Positions 10,921-24,440 of a DNA stretch of 64,000 nt are shown here, one piece after another. Origin of the DNA: Carcharhinus amblyrhynchos (lineage: Eukaryota); NCBI GenBank assembly GCA_965287045.1, contig OZ336881.1:53816001-53880000 (forward strand), written 5' to 3'. Position 1 is the first letter of the stretch. Each line of letters begins with the position of its first letter. The notes under the pieces are model-generated. The model had not been told where the DNA came from. It worked only from the letters and a program-made list of their open reading frames with translations, and made no database searches. The position numbers and the translations under genes were made by a program.

Positions 10921-11362
10921 TCCTACATAAAGTGTGCTGGGACTAATGCCTAGATAATTGCAGAATTCAGGGCAGTGCATAGAAGTTTAAAAACCTGAAG
11001 AAAGAGAGGGGGTTGCTTGAGGTGTGAGAATTTAAAATTTAATTTAAAATAAAATTTTAATTCAAAAGCAGTAAGAGAAATGCCAATGCTGTAGAAGAGT
11101 GACAGTTAAGATAAAAATAAGCAGTGGGGCAGGAAGCGACAGAGAGCTCAACAAAGGTTATAGGCATTAGTGACTAAGGAGACAGCTGACACAATTTAAA
11201 AATCTAAAAATATTATACCTGAATGTGTGACATATTCACAACAAATAGATAAATTAATAGCATAGAAATAAATGGGTTTGATCCAGTAGCCTCGTAATTT
11301 CAGAGGTATAGCCTGAAATATTCAAGAATACTTTTAAGACAGAAACATAAGTGGACAGGAGG

Positions 11363-14155
11363 TTCTTTATTCTTTCATGGAATTGAGGTGCTGCCTTAAA
11401 CTGTTACAGTCCAACTAGCGCACGCATATATTTCTACTAGGAAGGGAGTTACAGAATTTTGATCCAACAATAGTGAAGGAAGAGTGGTATAGTTCCAAAT
11501 CAGGATGGTGTGTAGCTTGGAGGCGGACTAGCAGGTAGTGCTGTTCCCATGTATCTGCTGCCAGTGTCCTTTTAGGTAGGTGTGGTTATGGATTTGGAAG
11601 GTGCTGCGGAAGGAGCGTTGGTGAGTTGCTGCAGCACCTCTTGTATATAGTGCACACTACTGCCAATGTGCAACAGTGGTGCAGTGAGGGAATATTTAAA
11701 TAGTGGAGGGGATGCCAATTAGGCAGGCTGCTTTGTACAGTATTGTGTTTAACTTCTTTGATTGCTGTTCAAGTTGAACTCACCCAGACAAGTGGAGAGT
11801 ATTCTATCGCATTCCTCACTTATGCCTGATAGAGGGGGCACAGACTTTGCGGGGGGTTAGAAGGCAAGTTACTCACATCAGAATTCCCAGCCTCTTACAG
11901 CCGTTATTTATATGGCTGGTCCAGTTCAGTTTCTGGTCAATGGTAACCCCTAATATATTGTTCATGGGGGATTCAGCGATGGTAATGTCATTGAATGTTG
12001 AAGTGGAGATGGTTAGATTCTCTTGTATTGGACATTGCCTGGTGTTCTGTGTGACCTAAATGTTATTTGCCACTTATTAGCCCAAGCCTGAATATTGTTC
12101 AGGTCTTGCTGCATAAGAAAACAGACTGTTTCAGCACCTAACGAGTTGCAAATGATGCTGAACATAGTGCAACCATCTGCGAACATGCCCACGTCTGACC
12201 TTGTGATAGGGGGGACAGTCATTGAGAAGCAGCTGAAGATGGTTGGACGTTGGACCTTGGACACTATGCAGGGGCACTTCTACAGCAATGTCCTGGGACT
12301 GAGATGATTGGCTTCTTAGCAAACACAACCATCTTCCTGTTTGCTACGTATGACTCCAACCAGTGGAGAAGATATCCCCTCAATCCCATTGGCTTCAATT
12401 TTACCAGGGCTCCTTGATGCCACAATCAGCTGAATACTGCTTAGATGTTAATGGCGGTCAGTCCCACCCTTGAGTCCAGCTCATTTGTCCATGTTTAACC
12501 AAGGCTGTAATGAAAGCAGGAGCCATGTGGCCCTGGTAGAATTCGAAATAAGCACCAGTGAGCAGGTTATTGGATGTATAATTGCCTCATGATAGTATTC
12601 TCGACAACATCTCCCATCACCTACAGCTGTTTGAGAGTAGACTGATAGGGTGGTAATTGGCAGTGTTAGATTTGTCCTGCTTTTTGTGTGTAGGACATAC
12701 TGAGCAATTTTCCACATTGCTGGTTAGATACCAGTGTTGTAGCTGTACTGGAGCAGTTTGGCTAAGGATGCAGTTGGTTCTGGTATACCACTCTTCAGTA
12801 CTATCGTTGGGAGGTTGGCAGACTACATAGTCTTTGCCTTCAGCCATTTTTTAATATCATGTTGACTGAATTGGATGGGTGAAGACTAACAACTGTGATA
12901 CTGGGGACCTCATGAGGAGTCCATGATGGATCATCCATTGAGCACTGCTGGTTGAAGGTGATTGCATATATTTGAAGTCATGAGGGTGATCATCCCAAAA
13001 AAATTCTAAGTGCCAGAAAAGCATGAAAATGGTAGAGAATTGTGTCCATTTTATCGGTGACAGAAAAATTTGACACTTATGCCAATTAGGCAAAGTGTGA
13101 TTTGTGCCAGTAAGGGGAGTGGTAAAGTCTGTTCACACTGGGAAGCCAGCTGCTGACTGCTACAGGGCACCATTGAGGATGCACATGATCTCCCAGTGCA
13201 CTGTGTAAAGTTTACACAATTAATGCACTGGGAGGTATCTTACAGCCCCTATTCAGCAGCACATGCCAGCCCCCGCCCCCCCCAAGCCAGTTGCCATCTA
13301 GCAATCCTCGATGCAGAGTGCACAGCTTCCCATGCACAGCTGCCCCTGGGCACTGCCTGGTGGGCACTGCTAGGGTGTCTAGTAGGTAGTGCCAGGTCAC
13401 AGGCTGGCACTGCCCAAGGGGAACTGCCCCCCCTGCCCACCCAGGGGTTTCACTGATGAGACCATCAGGTCAGGTCCCCATTGTTGGGAACCATACGTGA
13501 TCCTCACCGGTGAGAACCTCCACCAGCGAGGCTATTAAGAAAAATTAGCTTGGATGATTCCATCCCAGGTTCACTAATAATACTAAAATTCAGATTTAAA
13601 TATTTAAATCAGCCTCATGTGCTCAGCCTTGCAGCAAGGAAAGACATCAGCAATCCAGAGGTGAGAAACTGGGTGCAAACCCAATTTTTCATCTCTCTCA
13701 CGATCTTATCGGTTCATCACAATCAACCAGCGTGAGGAGCTGGTAAGGTCACCCCACCCACCCTTGTATTTTGCACAGACGTGCTAGGCTTCCACATCAT
13801 TCAGAATGGGGATATTTGTAGCTCTGCGTCCTCTGGTTTGTGACTTAATTGTTCACCTCCATTCATGACTGGATGTAGCAGGACTGTAGAGCTAAGATCT
13901 GATCTGATCCATAAGTTGTGGGATTTCTTAGTCCGTCAGATGCTGCTTATGCTCCTTGGCATGCAAGTAATCCTATGTTGTATCTTCAGGTTTGTACTTC
14001 ATTTTAATGTGTGTCTGGTAGTGCTCCTGGCATGCCCTTGTTCCCTTGGTTTGATGGTAATGGTAGAGTGAGGTTTACACAAGGCCATAATGTTGCAGAT
14101 TACAATTGAATACAGTTCTGCTGCTGCTGATGAACCACACCATTTCATGGATGCT
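11363..14155 (-). mobile_element. CR1/L2-group LINE (same family as 4666-5670), split by a DNA element
   Basis: Minus-strand SDVGMFADGCTMFS...QQDLNNIQAWANKWQITF and HKKQDKSNTANYHPISLLS. Confidence 0.8.
12984..13755. mobile_element. Non-autonomous DNA transposon nested in a LINE
   Basis: Imperfect TIRs GGGTGATCATCCC and GGTAAGGTCACCC. LINE sequence resumes on both sides. Confidence 0.55.
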
Positions 14156-15294
14156 GAGAATCTTGGCTCAGAAAATCAAGATGCAGAATCTTTTTTTTTG
14201 AAGCTCGAAAGCAACAAGAGAAAAAAGAACACCAGTGAGAGTCAATTATAGGCAATGTTAAGCACCGTATAAATCAGGAATTTGACGTGCATGTGACGAG
14301 GGTAAGGTGGTAAATGTAGAGAAGTAGTAATATTGCAAACGAGATAAACCAAATCTGCAGTATTTGCAGGCAGGGCGAGTTCCTGGAATTTAATATCATT
14401 TTCTAGATTAATATGTCAAGGAACTAAATAAGGAATGGGCTATTTTCAATCCAGCATTGTGCAAACGTTGTCATAAAAAAGTTTCTGGTGAAGAGTGATC
14501 ACAGTATGGTGGAATATTATATTGAGTTTGAGAGTGATTTACTTAACTCCAAAAGTAGGGTCCTAAATTTGAATAAAGCAAACTATGTAAGTGTGAGGGT
14601 TAAGTTGGCTTAAGATAGATTTTTTTTTTAATTAAAATATGCGACATAGAAAAGCAATGGCAAACATTTAAATAATTAATTCATCATTATTATACATTCC
14701 CTTAAGGAATAGAAACCCTCTGGATAAGTAATCCAACTGTGGCTAACAATAGGAGTTAAAGATAGTATTAGATTAAAGGAAAAGGCTTATAATGTTGCTT
14801 AAAATAGTTAGCCTGAGGAATGGAATAACTTTAGAATTAAGCAAGGAATGACCAAGAAATTGCACAAAGAGAAAATGGAATGCAAGAAAAAACTAGCAAG
14901 AGATATGAAAAACAGATTGGGAAAGCTTCTTTAGGTATGTAAATAAGAGGTTAGTGAAAGTAAGTACAAATCTCTTAGAAACAGAGACCAAATAAATTAT
15001 AATGGAGGATAAGGAAAAAGCAGGAACTTTAAGCAACTACTTTATTTCAGTTTTCATGGTATAAGGTACATAAGTCATTCCAGAAATAATAAGGAACTAA
15101 GCATCTAGTAGGAAAGTAGAACTTGAAGAAATCAATATAAGTAAAGAAATGGTACTGGCGAAATAAATGGGACAAAGCTGATAAATCTCCTGAATGTGGT
15201 TACTGAGATGGTGGATTCAGTGGTTTTGATCTTCCAGAATCCCCTTGATTGTAGAATATACACTCTGGATTGGAAGGTAGGAATTATAAAATAA

Positions 15295-15805
15295 TGCTAC
15301 AACACTGGCATCCACTTGGCAATGTGGGAAATTGACCAGTCCACAAAAGGACAGCCTGTTACCACTCTGTCTACTCGCAATCACCAGAAAGGTGATGGAA
15401 GGTGTCATCAACAATGCTGTCAGACAGCACTGCACAGCAGCAACCTGTTCACTGACACTTGGTTTGGATTCTATCAGGACATTCATTCCCTGACCTCATT
15501 ACATCCTTTGTCCAAACAAGAACAAAAGAGTTGAACTCCAGAGGTGAGATGTGATTGATTGTTTTTGACATCAAGGCCGCATCTGACCCAGTGTGGCATC
15601 AAGGAATTGAGAAAAACAGACAATGGGAATCAGGGAAAACTCTCCAATGGTTGGCGTCAGAACTAGCCCAAAGAAAGATGGTTGTGGTTGTTGGAAGTCA
15701 ATCATCCCAGCCCTGCACAAAGCTGCAGAGGTTCAGTGTCCTTGTCCCAACCACTGTCAGCTGCCCCTCAATTACATTACCTTCCCTTCATTATAAGGTC
15801 AGAGT
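15295..15805 (+). mobile_element. CR1/L2-group LINE RT fragment
   Basis: VFDIKAASDPVWHQG...LQWLASELAQRKMVVVVGSQSS. Inverted relative to the copy at about 12100-12750. Confidence 0.75.
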
Positions 15806-16288
15806 TTTTTAAAATATGGGATGTGGGCATTGCTACCAAGGCCAATATTTGTTACCCAAACTTGGGTAATTTTTCTGAACAAACAACACCGTGCTGGAAA
15901 TGGTAAAAACTCTGAAACAAAAACAGACAAATGAAGAGGGCACTCAGCAGAGCAATGCTGTGTTAACATCTTTATCACATTGCATAGTTTTTCATTGAGA
16001 CTTTTCCCTAACTGGTTGATGCTTTGTAAGTACAAAACTGAAAAAAAATTACGAGTTTCCATCTCACTAAGAAGGCTTTAGACAATTCATATTCAACAAT
16101 TTGCTTTGAAAATACTGCTCACATTTTGACAGCTGAGATAACATTCTAAAACAATCAACAATATTCTAAAAACAATGCATACCACCCTTCTAGAAAAAGG
16201 TTAATTTGCCCTCCCTTAACATTTCCCAATGTTAATGGGTCCTTTTAAAAATTTAGCAAAAACTAATCAGTTCTTCCTTGGGCCATAC

Positions 16289-16290
<2 letters not shown>

Positions 16291-16327
<37 letters not shown>
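16291..16327. repeat. (TG)18 microsatellite
   Basis: Perfect TG run read directly. Confidence 0.98.
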
Positions 16328-16328
<1 letters not shown>

Positions 16329-16759
16329 GGTTTCATTGAAGTCCATCTATTAGTTTTTGAGATTTAGGGTCCTATTTTACCATTTTGATTCCAAGTTCTG
16401 GGTGGACTTGAAACTGACAGTGTTTCAGATCCGACTTTTAGGCCCATTCTGAGGCACCGTCATACACGCTTTGCCTACAAAAATATCAGCGAGCCCAAAT
16501 TGTGCTGCGCAAGCCTGTGGGCGGGGCTTAACGCACCTGAGGCCCTGCAGCTCCAATTGGCACCTCCAACTGCGCACATGCAGAAACAAAATATGATAGA
16601 ATGCTGCTCCCCTGTCACATCCCTCCCAGGCTGGATAATGCCTCCCCCTAGCCCCACAGACATTGCCTCACCCCCACAACATTACTGACCCCCTTGTCCC
16701 CCCCCCCCGACCCCCCAACCACCCAGACTGATTGCTGCCCCCTCTTCCCTCCCTCCCCC

Positions 16760-17085
16760 CTCCCAATCTCAAGCAGAGTGGCAATGGACCCCCTTCCCCT
16801 CCCTCCTCCCAATCTCAGTCAGAGTGGCAGCAGACACCCTCCTTCCCCTCCACTGATGTCAGGCAGAATGGCAGCAGATCCCCTTTCACCCCCACTAATC
16901 TCAGGCAGAGTGGCAGGGACCCCCTTGCACCCTCACCAATCTCAGCAGAGTGGCAGTGGACCCCCTTCTCCCGTTCCCACCCCTGCCGCCCCAATCTCAG
17001 GCAGAGTGGCAGCGGACCCCCGCTGATCTCAGGAAGAGTGGCAGCGGACTCCTCTTCCCCTCCAGTGATCTCAGGCAGAGTGCAT
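16760..17085 (+). repeat. Minisatellite, 8 units of about 32-57 bp with core ATCTCAGGCAGAGTGGCAG and C-rich spacers, inside a probable DNA element starting near 16366
   Basis: Core recurs at about 16775, 16820, 16864, 16905, 16945, 17002, 17034 and 17076. Confidence 0.88.
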
Positions 17086-18845
17086 TACTTCCATCCACCT
17101 TCAGTGACAGAGGTAAAAATGCTGGAAACTTTCAGTAGGTCAGGCAACTTCTATGGTGGCTTCTCGTGTTCTGGCAGTATCTGCAGCTTGGCTGTTCAAT
17201 TAGAATTTATTGTACATAAGGATATGCAGAAGCCCCAAATGAGATGATTTTGCAGCCTTTCATCCATTTCTTTGAAGTTAGATTTGCTGGAGTCATTCCT
17301 CAATCTGATTCAGAAATTATCAACAGTCTCACCTGCTTTTAGCCTCAGACTTTGAAATGTAATTTCATTGGAAATATGTGCTGATTTTCTCAAAACAAAA
17401 ATGCCTGGGCATTCATTTACTGTTGCCTTCATTCTTCTCCCAGCTATTAAATAAATTTAAAACTTTCCTGCCTACTAAAGGATGATCTGACCCTTTCCTC
17501 ATCACTCATGCCTTTTAGAAAGCTATTGAATGTGAGTCTGTACTTTTGTTAAACTTCTCAAATGCTTCTATGACATCATCAGCTTCACAATTCATCCTGA
17601 GCTAGAGTTGTGCAACTGTGGCCGTGTTCATTTTTATACGATTCACTCAACATTTTCCTCTCTCTGGCAATAATTCGGGTTGATTTTTCTCACTCTAATT
17701 TAGCATTTATTTTGTTTGTAAAGTTTGGATAACTTGCTGCTACCATCTTATACCTTGTGATTCCCAGAAATTTAAAATAATCTCATGTTTGGCCTTAAAT
17801 GCTGGAGTTTCATTGAATGTATTTCTCAATTCCCACCATGTATTGCAGACTGTTAGATTGTTAGTTTGAGGCACAAATTTATATGCGTTCTGATTATATA
17901 GTGTTGTAAATATCTATTTCATGGTTAATGTGTTTTTGAGAGTATAGATTTGGTTTTTAGGAATTAAAATTTAATGGGATACAAGCACGCTTGGAGTCCA
18001 TTGCCCTTAAAAGGTTGAGGGCCATGTTGACTTCAGATGTCAATAGCTAGAAAGGTAAGACCATAAAACAACAGGTGGGGCAGAATTCTCTTAAAAAAAA
18101 TGACTAAGTGACGTAACAGTGAGAAAACTGGTGATCTGCACTGATCGCTCAGGTGCACTCTGCACTGCAATTATGCCAGACTCAGTCACTCTTTTGGAGA
18201 ATGGTGTAGTGTGCGCTGTACCGTGGGTGGGCAGAGTGGGGGCTGCAGCAGGGCCTCAAAACACCAGTGAGTCCAGCTGCAGAGTGCTCAGGCACCGTAT
18301 CACAAGAGCACCCTAGTCTCATGGTACACTGGGAGACTATATACCACCCCGCCACCTGCCATTTATTGGCGGCATGTTCGCCCACCCTCTCCAACATGGG
18401 TTGGAGGCAATCAGAAGAACTGACAAATGTTCAAAGATTGCGGTGCTGACCTCACCCAAAAGATGCCTGGGGGGGAAACACTCTGATTTTTACATTGTTC
18501 TGACACAGAATCTTTAGTGGAAAACTGGTCTTTCAACAGAACAAGCTAACACAACAGGATGAGGATCAGCATTGTGAGGAGGAACACTCCCAGCAAGCTG
18601 TACTGATCTTAGTCACAGGCAGCATAGGAGGCATTAACATTCTACGCTTTTACATGATTAAAGGTGCAGCTAAGTCACTTATTAAATATGTAACCCATCT
18701 GTATTGTGTTTAAACAGTTACTTTAATATAGTTGTGCTCTTTATTATGAGAGATTGTCTGAACAAACTTTTTTTATATGTATAAGAAAGGCAGCTATTTT
18801 TAAAGCTGGCTATAATGCATTCATAATCAAATAAAATTATTTCAG

Positions 18846-18935
18846 GATTACAGAAGAAAACCGAATGAGAGAACATTCTGCTGCTGTGAAAATCCAGAGC
18901 TGTTTCCGAGGGTTTAAGGTTCGAGCACACATCAG
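18846..18935 (+). CDS. SPATA17: SPATA17 coding exon 2 (90 nt; IQ motif 1)
   Basis: tttcag|G ... AG|gtaga. Reads ITEENRMREHSAAVKIQSCFRGFKVRAHI(R) versus human AAVKIQSWFRGCQVRAYIR. Confidence 0.95.
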
Positions 18936-20084
18936 GTAGAGTCAACCTAATTGAACCTACATACTGTTAGCAATCGGAAAAATGTATACGTGCTGGACAC
19001 AAAATCTTGCTTTGATTGTCAAAATTTTGTCATACATTTCTGTCAACCTTTTTTGATTAGAAATTTTCATACGCTCATTTATAATTGACACCATATATGC
19101 ACATTCCGATGTGACTGTAGATGCTTCACTTTGCCTGCGATGACTCTACTACATACATAATTTCAGCGTAGCTATAATCTTCTCAGCCTCTAACAATGCC
19201 ACCTATATTTTGGAATTGCTTTGCAAGTCTGGCTGCAGGAATGTGAGTAGCATTATTGTACCATCCTTATAGATCTTCACACGTGCAGCCAAGATACAGA
19301 AGACAGGTTTGAAAGGAATTTCTAAGGTACAAAGATACATGTTTATCACCTCCGATTTTTCTTTCAGAGAACCTGCAATTGAGAGGTATGCCCATCGAGA
19401 TAATCATAGCTGCACGTAAATTACATGCTCATGTATGCTCATGTATGCTCATTGAGATAATCAATGTATCTATATGGACAGACACATAAAGAACTGTTAG
19501 ATAGGCTTCAGATGGGAAAGTCCTCTGTTCCCTGGAACCCTACCCAAATACCTTTGACTCTGAGCTAGAGTCAGAGACTCCAGACAGATCTGCAGTACTT
19601 TCTACATATCTAGGAAATACTTGACAGTTTAAAACCTGATTTAATATCTGGGTAAACCTCACAACTGCCACCTCAAGTCAAACTAACTGCCGAGTCCCAC
19701 CCTGAGCTAACCCGACGATCCACTCACCCACACTCCTGCCCACTCATCCACTCAAAGACTAAACCAATAGATTTACCAGACAGAATACAGCAGGTTGCGC
19801 CATAAGAGGGACGTGTCCTGTTTTCTACCGAATTTACTTCACTCCAATGGAGTTCCTCAGGGACCGTGCGTTGTGCATTTCTGTGACAACCGGGAGCAGC
19901 AGATCCCAGAAGAAATGCGCAGCAGCATTAGGTCAAGAGAACCTTTACACTTGGCGGCAATGTGTGCAGCATTGCCACTGCTGGGAAAATTCAGGCCATA
20001 ATGTTCAAGATCACATTATGAAGATCTTCTGTCATTAGCATACTAGTATGAACATTAATGAATAAGAAAGCCAGATTTCTATAA

Positions 20085-20255
20085 TAGAATCAAAGAACCC
20101 CTACAGTGCAGAAAGAGACCAATCGGCCCATGGAGCCTGCACCGACAACAATCCCACCCAGGCCCTATCCTCGCAACTACATGTCTTTACTCTGCTGATC
20201 ACTCTGACATTAAGGGGCAATTTATCATGACCAATCAACCTAACCTGCACATCTT
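20085..20255 (-). mobile_element. V-SINE (HE1) 3' half with CR1-type tail
   Basis: Minus strand AAGATGTGCAGGTTAGGTTGATTGGTCATGATAAATTGCCCCTTA...GGGCCGATTGGTCTCTTTCTGCACTGTAG. Confidence 0.8.
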
Positions 20256-20864
20256 TATAACAAAAAGATTTGTAAATTTGGACCATTTGGCAACTTTCCA
20301 AATTTAGTTTTATATTATTTGCACTTTAGGTGGTCCCACGCTCTTTACTCTAATTCAATATTATTAACTTTCCACCTGATTTATATAATATTTAAACTGT
20401 GCAGTGTTTGTGGTCTATAATTAATGCGGAAGAACGAGTGGAATGTATTTTTCTTGAACAGAGTATTGATTAAATTGGGCAGTTTGAACATTTGTCCTAA
20501 AATCTAATGTGAATTTAATTAGTTTTAAAAAAAAAGGTGAGTATAGATAGTTTAACACTATCACTTTTTGGAAAAATCAGGATTGAGCACTGAAGCTCAA
20601 TCCTTCCACTTACCCAAACTCAAGCTCTAATTTCAGAACTACTGTGAAACTTTGACGTTTCAAATTTATGGTACATGTGGTTCGTATCTAGGGTCTAGTA
20701 AAGTAAAAACATTGCGTAAAAAAGCATAAGCACTATTAGTCAGCATCTATAATCTAAAAACTCAAACCACCCCTATCACAGAGCATCTTTTTGTTCTCCC
20801 CTCTGCCTGCCCCTTTTCAACTATGTCTAATTTTCCTGATGACAGATCACAGACCTGACACATT

Positions 20865-21500
20865 GGACGGGATTTTCTGGTCTTGTTGGCGATGGATGTC
20901 ATTGATGGGAAAATGGGGAGGAGGGCCATAAATTAGTTTACCGCCAGAGTTAAAAATGTTTGTGACTGTTCCGTCCCTACGTTCACAGCGGGTTGGGCAG
21001 CCCATTGCACGATATTAGACATCACATTTACACACAGTTGAATATCATGAGTGCTCATTATAAAGGAAGCTTGGCAGAATCACTCCAGATCATATGACCA
21101 CGTGGGAGCTAATTAGACCGGCATGATTCATGACCATATAATGAATGATGTGCATCTGGTGACCAGCACATCACTCATGACCTTGAGGTATGTTTGCCTA
21201 CCTTCCATAGTGCTGCACTTGCACTGCTCCAACTTCTTGCCAGGATGCACAGACAAGACCAACAAGTAAGCATGAGGGGTCTCCAGTGCCCAAAGTGGCG
21301 TGCATGGTCACTCTTCTGTGCCACCAATCCTCACGCCCATTGTGTGCAATCACAATCAGGGGAGGCCTCTCTAGACTGTAGATGAGAAAGAAATAAAATG
21401 TAGGGGCAAGCACTTGATGGTCTTAAGGGAGAGCAGTCTCTGTAAGTCACAGTGCAAAAGGCTTCAAGGTGGAGGAGGAGTCAGTCAACATGGGCATTGG
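20865..21500 (+). mobile_element. Harbinger-like DNA transposon remnant (decayed Myb/SANT-like ORF)
   Basis: GGGATTTTC-type terminus. Fragments 'PTFHSAALALL...SLF...KSQCKRL' loosely fit a Myb/SANT pattern. Similar remnants at about 18078-18620 and 25700-26370. Confidence 0.35.
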
Positions 21501-22734
21501 GCCATCAACATTTCACATTTCACCCTCCATAAACTTGAGGTCATTCAAAATTTTACTGCTTCTGTCCCTGCCTCTGCCATCTCTGTAATCTCCAGCTCCT
21601 TCCCGACCCAAACCATATACACTCATCTAATTCTGACTTCTTGAATATCCCTGATTTTTAACTGCTCTACCATGTGTGCTACGCTTTCAGCTGCCCTTGA
21701 AGCTGATTTATGGAATTTCGTCCACATTGTTTTCTTCCTTTAAGGTACTCCTTAAAACTTACCTCTTTGGGCAAGCCTTTGGTCATTGGGCTTGATATTT
21801 TGTTATCTGGCTGATAATCTTGAAAAAGCAATAAAACTTAATAATATTTCATGACAATTACATCAACAATCATCCCATCATCAACTATGAAGTTTTCCTA
21901 CCTAACCTGGAAGCTTGTTATACTGGAGGCAACATGACATATTGAAAAACTGCATCAGTGATTTCATTGGTGAGGATTTTGCCCAAAGTCAGTGTCAAAT
22001 GCAGAAACACTCACCTGGCAGTGATGTTCCTCAAATGAGTCAATTAGTGGCCAGAGGGCAGGCTTACCATCCAATTACCAGGCTGGCTGTCAAACCTGGA
22101 GGGCTGATCTGATGCCCTTCAACTAGGAAGGAGATGAAGCTTGCAGTTCCGGCAAGGCACGAGAGTACTTCCATTTTAAACCGTCCTCTTTGTACATTTT
22201 AAAACTTAGTGATCAAAAAAGTGACCTTAGCTGCTGGGCTGTTATTGTGTATTCTGCAGCTAGGGCAAGCAGACAGGAGCGCCTCAGCCTGCCACTTACC
22301 CACGCCAAACCCTGGCCGTTTCCACTGCCTTAACCCTGATTCCTTAATGAGCTTGCTGGCCAACTGAAAAATTCTGACCATTCTCTAATGCCCTAATCTC
22401 ATTACCTGCTGCTTTCTGGCAGGTGGACTTTTGGCCACTATTCCTGCCTCCAGGAAAATGGCAGCAATGGTACTAGCAAATTGGCACTAGTGACACAAAT
22501 TTTCACACCAACTGTCTCTGAACTTGTCCACATCTAGGGGCAAATATCTTGCCCACAGTGTCGTGCAAGCAAGGATTGTTGGTTGAGATTCTGTTCTTAA
22601 GAGACAATTCTGTTCCTGATGTGCCATTGCTATCTTGCATGACACAAGTATTTTTGGTATACTTTTGATATAAAATTTTCAAAATCCAAAGTTTAGATCA
22701 AAATGAATGCTGTAAAATCTCTTTATTTTGAAAG

Positions 22735-22816
22735 ATACCTGCAGAAAATAGCGATCATCATCCAGAAAACATGGCGAGGATATTGTTGCAGGATGCATTT
22801 CAGAACCATGGTGCAG
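22735..22816 (+). CDS. SPATA17: SPATA17 coding exon 3 (82 nt; IQ motif 2)
   Basis: gaaag|A ... CAG|gtaaa. Reads YLQKIAIIIQKTWRGYCCRMHFRTMVQ, with phases matching exons 2 and 4. Confidence 0.95.
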
Positions 22817-23479
22817 GTAAAATCTTTCATTCTGTTGGGCAATTCTAATTCAGGTAGTTCTTTACCAAGATGCATTAAAATGATATTTTATGCTTATTAA
22901 GGATCATTAACCTCTTAATTTTTATTATGTGAATGGACTTTCACTTTGAATCTGTCAGAAACCTTTGAAAATGTTCCGTAGAAACATATGGGCCAAGCTA
23001 ACATTATTCCAGACCATAGATGAGAGATTGGCCTTTATAATGCCCAGTTTTCTGGCACACCAGTATCACAGGGGACCCAGGTGTCTACAACATGCACTTG
23101 CACTTGTGATGCGAAGCGTAGTGGATGCTTTCTTAGTTAAAAACATCATCACGTGTGCAAGTTAATGTCCAATTGAAGTATGCAGAGCAAGCAGTTAGTG
23201 ACATCAATCAGCATGCAAGGCTCATTTGACAGCAACACTGCCATTTTGGCACTCCACACTGCAATCAGTGGCATTCTCCTAAGTTTGCATAGTTGATCTC
23301 ACATTTAGTACTAAAAAGGAACCCCAGCTATCAACCTCCAGTGGCACTACTTAAAAGGATTAGCAACAACTTGCAGTTATGTTGTTTGATGATTTCTAAA
23401 ATACAATTACTTAGAATATTCTGCACAGCAATAGGTAATTTGGACCATTCAGCATTTATCTCCATGCCGACATTTATGC

Positions 23480-24440
23480 TTCACTTGAATTTCCTCTCGT
23501 TCTTCTTCTTTCATCTCCATCGACAAAAGCCTCTATTCCCTTTTCCCTCTTATTCTACTCTAGGTTCCCCTTAAGTACATTCAAAATACTCATCTCGATT
23601 ACACCCTATGGTAGTGAGTTCCATGTTCTCATCATTTTGGGTAAAGAAGTTTCTTTCGAATTCCCTATTTGATTTCTCGGTAAGCAGCTTATTTTGATGG
23701 TGTTGAGTTTTGCCCTTCCCCAAATTGAAAGCATTCTCTCTGTCTCCTCTCTCAAGACTTTTAATTTTTTTAAGAATTTGTTTCGGTCATTCCTCAGCCA
23801 TTTCTTTTCACGAGAAAATCTTTCCTAATAGGTACAATCTCACAATTCTCGTATTATCCTTCAATTGTTTTTGCACCCCCTCTAGTGCCTCTATCTTTTT
23901 GAAGACCTTTGCAAAATCTAGGAATGTTACATGTGCTGCGCCACCTTTATTTAATCTGTGTTGTTTTCTAGATGCTATTACATTTTTGCATATCTTTTTC
24001 TATATTTGTTTACGTTTTCAAAACTCCGTAGGGAGTGGTGCGATGGGTGCTGACCTTTTCTGACTTCAAGGATTCTGTATAAGCCAGTTGCTGTCGGACA
24101 TGGTGCACCATTGGGCCTTCCAACTTGACAGAAGGTCAGATAGAGGTATGCTAGATAGGGAAGACAAAGAATAGCTGTTTTCATTAGCTAATGGAACAAG
24201 GACTGGAAAACACAGATTTAAGTCTTTGGATAAGAGATGCAAGGGGGCTGTGGACATTGATGCCTATGAGGGTGGTGGAAATGGAGGCAATGAATTATTT
24301 TAAAAGAAAATTGAATAGACACTTGTAGGAAAGTAACTTGCAAAGCTGTAGGGATAGAACAGGAGAATGAAACTGACTGGAATGTTTCTATAAAGAGTCT
24401 ACATGGACTGAATGGGCCAACTGGTCTTCTCTGTCATTAT
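23480..24440. mobile_element. Old CR1 3' fragments (minus about 23480-23900, plus about 24130-24440)
   Basis: Decayed similarity to the CR1 3' region at 1751-2300. Confidence 0.55.

Larger units (their letters stand above)
11190..15290 (+). mobile_element. Old CR1 ORF2 (endonuclease to RT start), split by a nested LINE
   Basis: Endonuclease N-terminal remnant (YLN..HIHNKIDKLIA) at 11190-11360 resumes at about 14160 (LGSENQDAES, SDHSMVEY) and runs to LIFQN...DWKV. Confidence 0.7.

Noticed and set aside
16760-17085. CRISPR-like repeat-spacer appearance
   Set aside because: Vertebrate intron, no cas genes, degenerate repeats and related low-complexity spacers.
16694-17247. Pro/Ser-rich ORFs of 110 and 171 aa
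   Set aside because: They are translations of a C-rich minisatellite, with no splice or homology support.
21179-21187. ERR response element TCAAGGTCA on the minus strand
   Set aside because: A single 9-mer inside a TE remnant is expected by chance in 64 kb.
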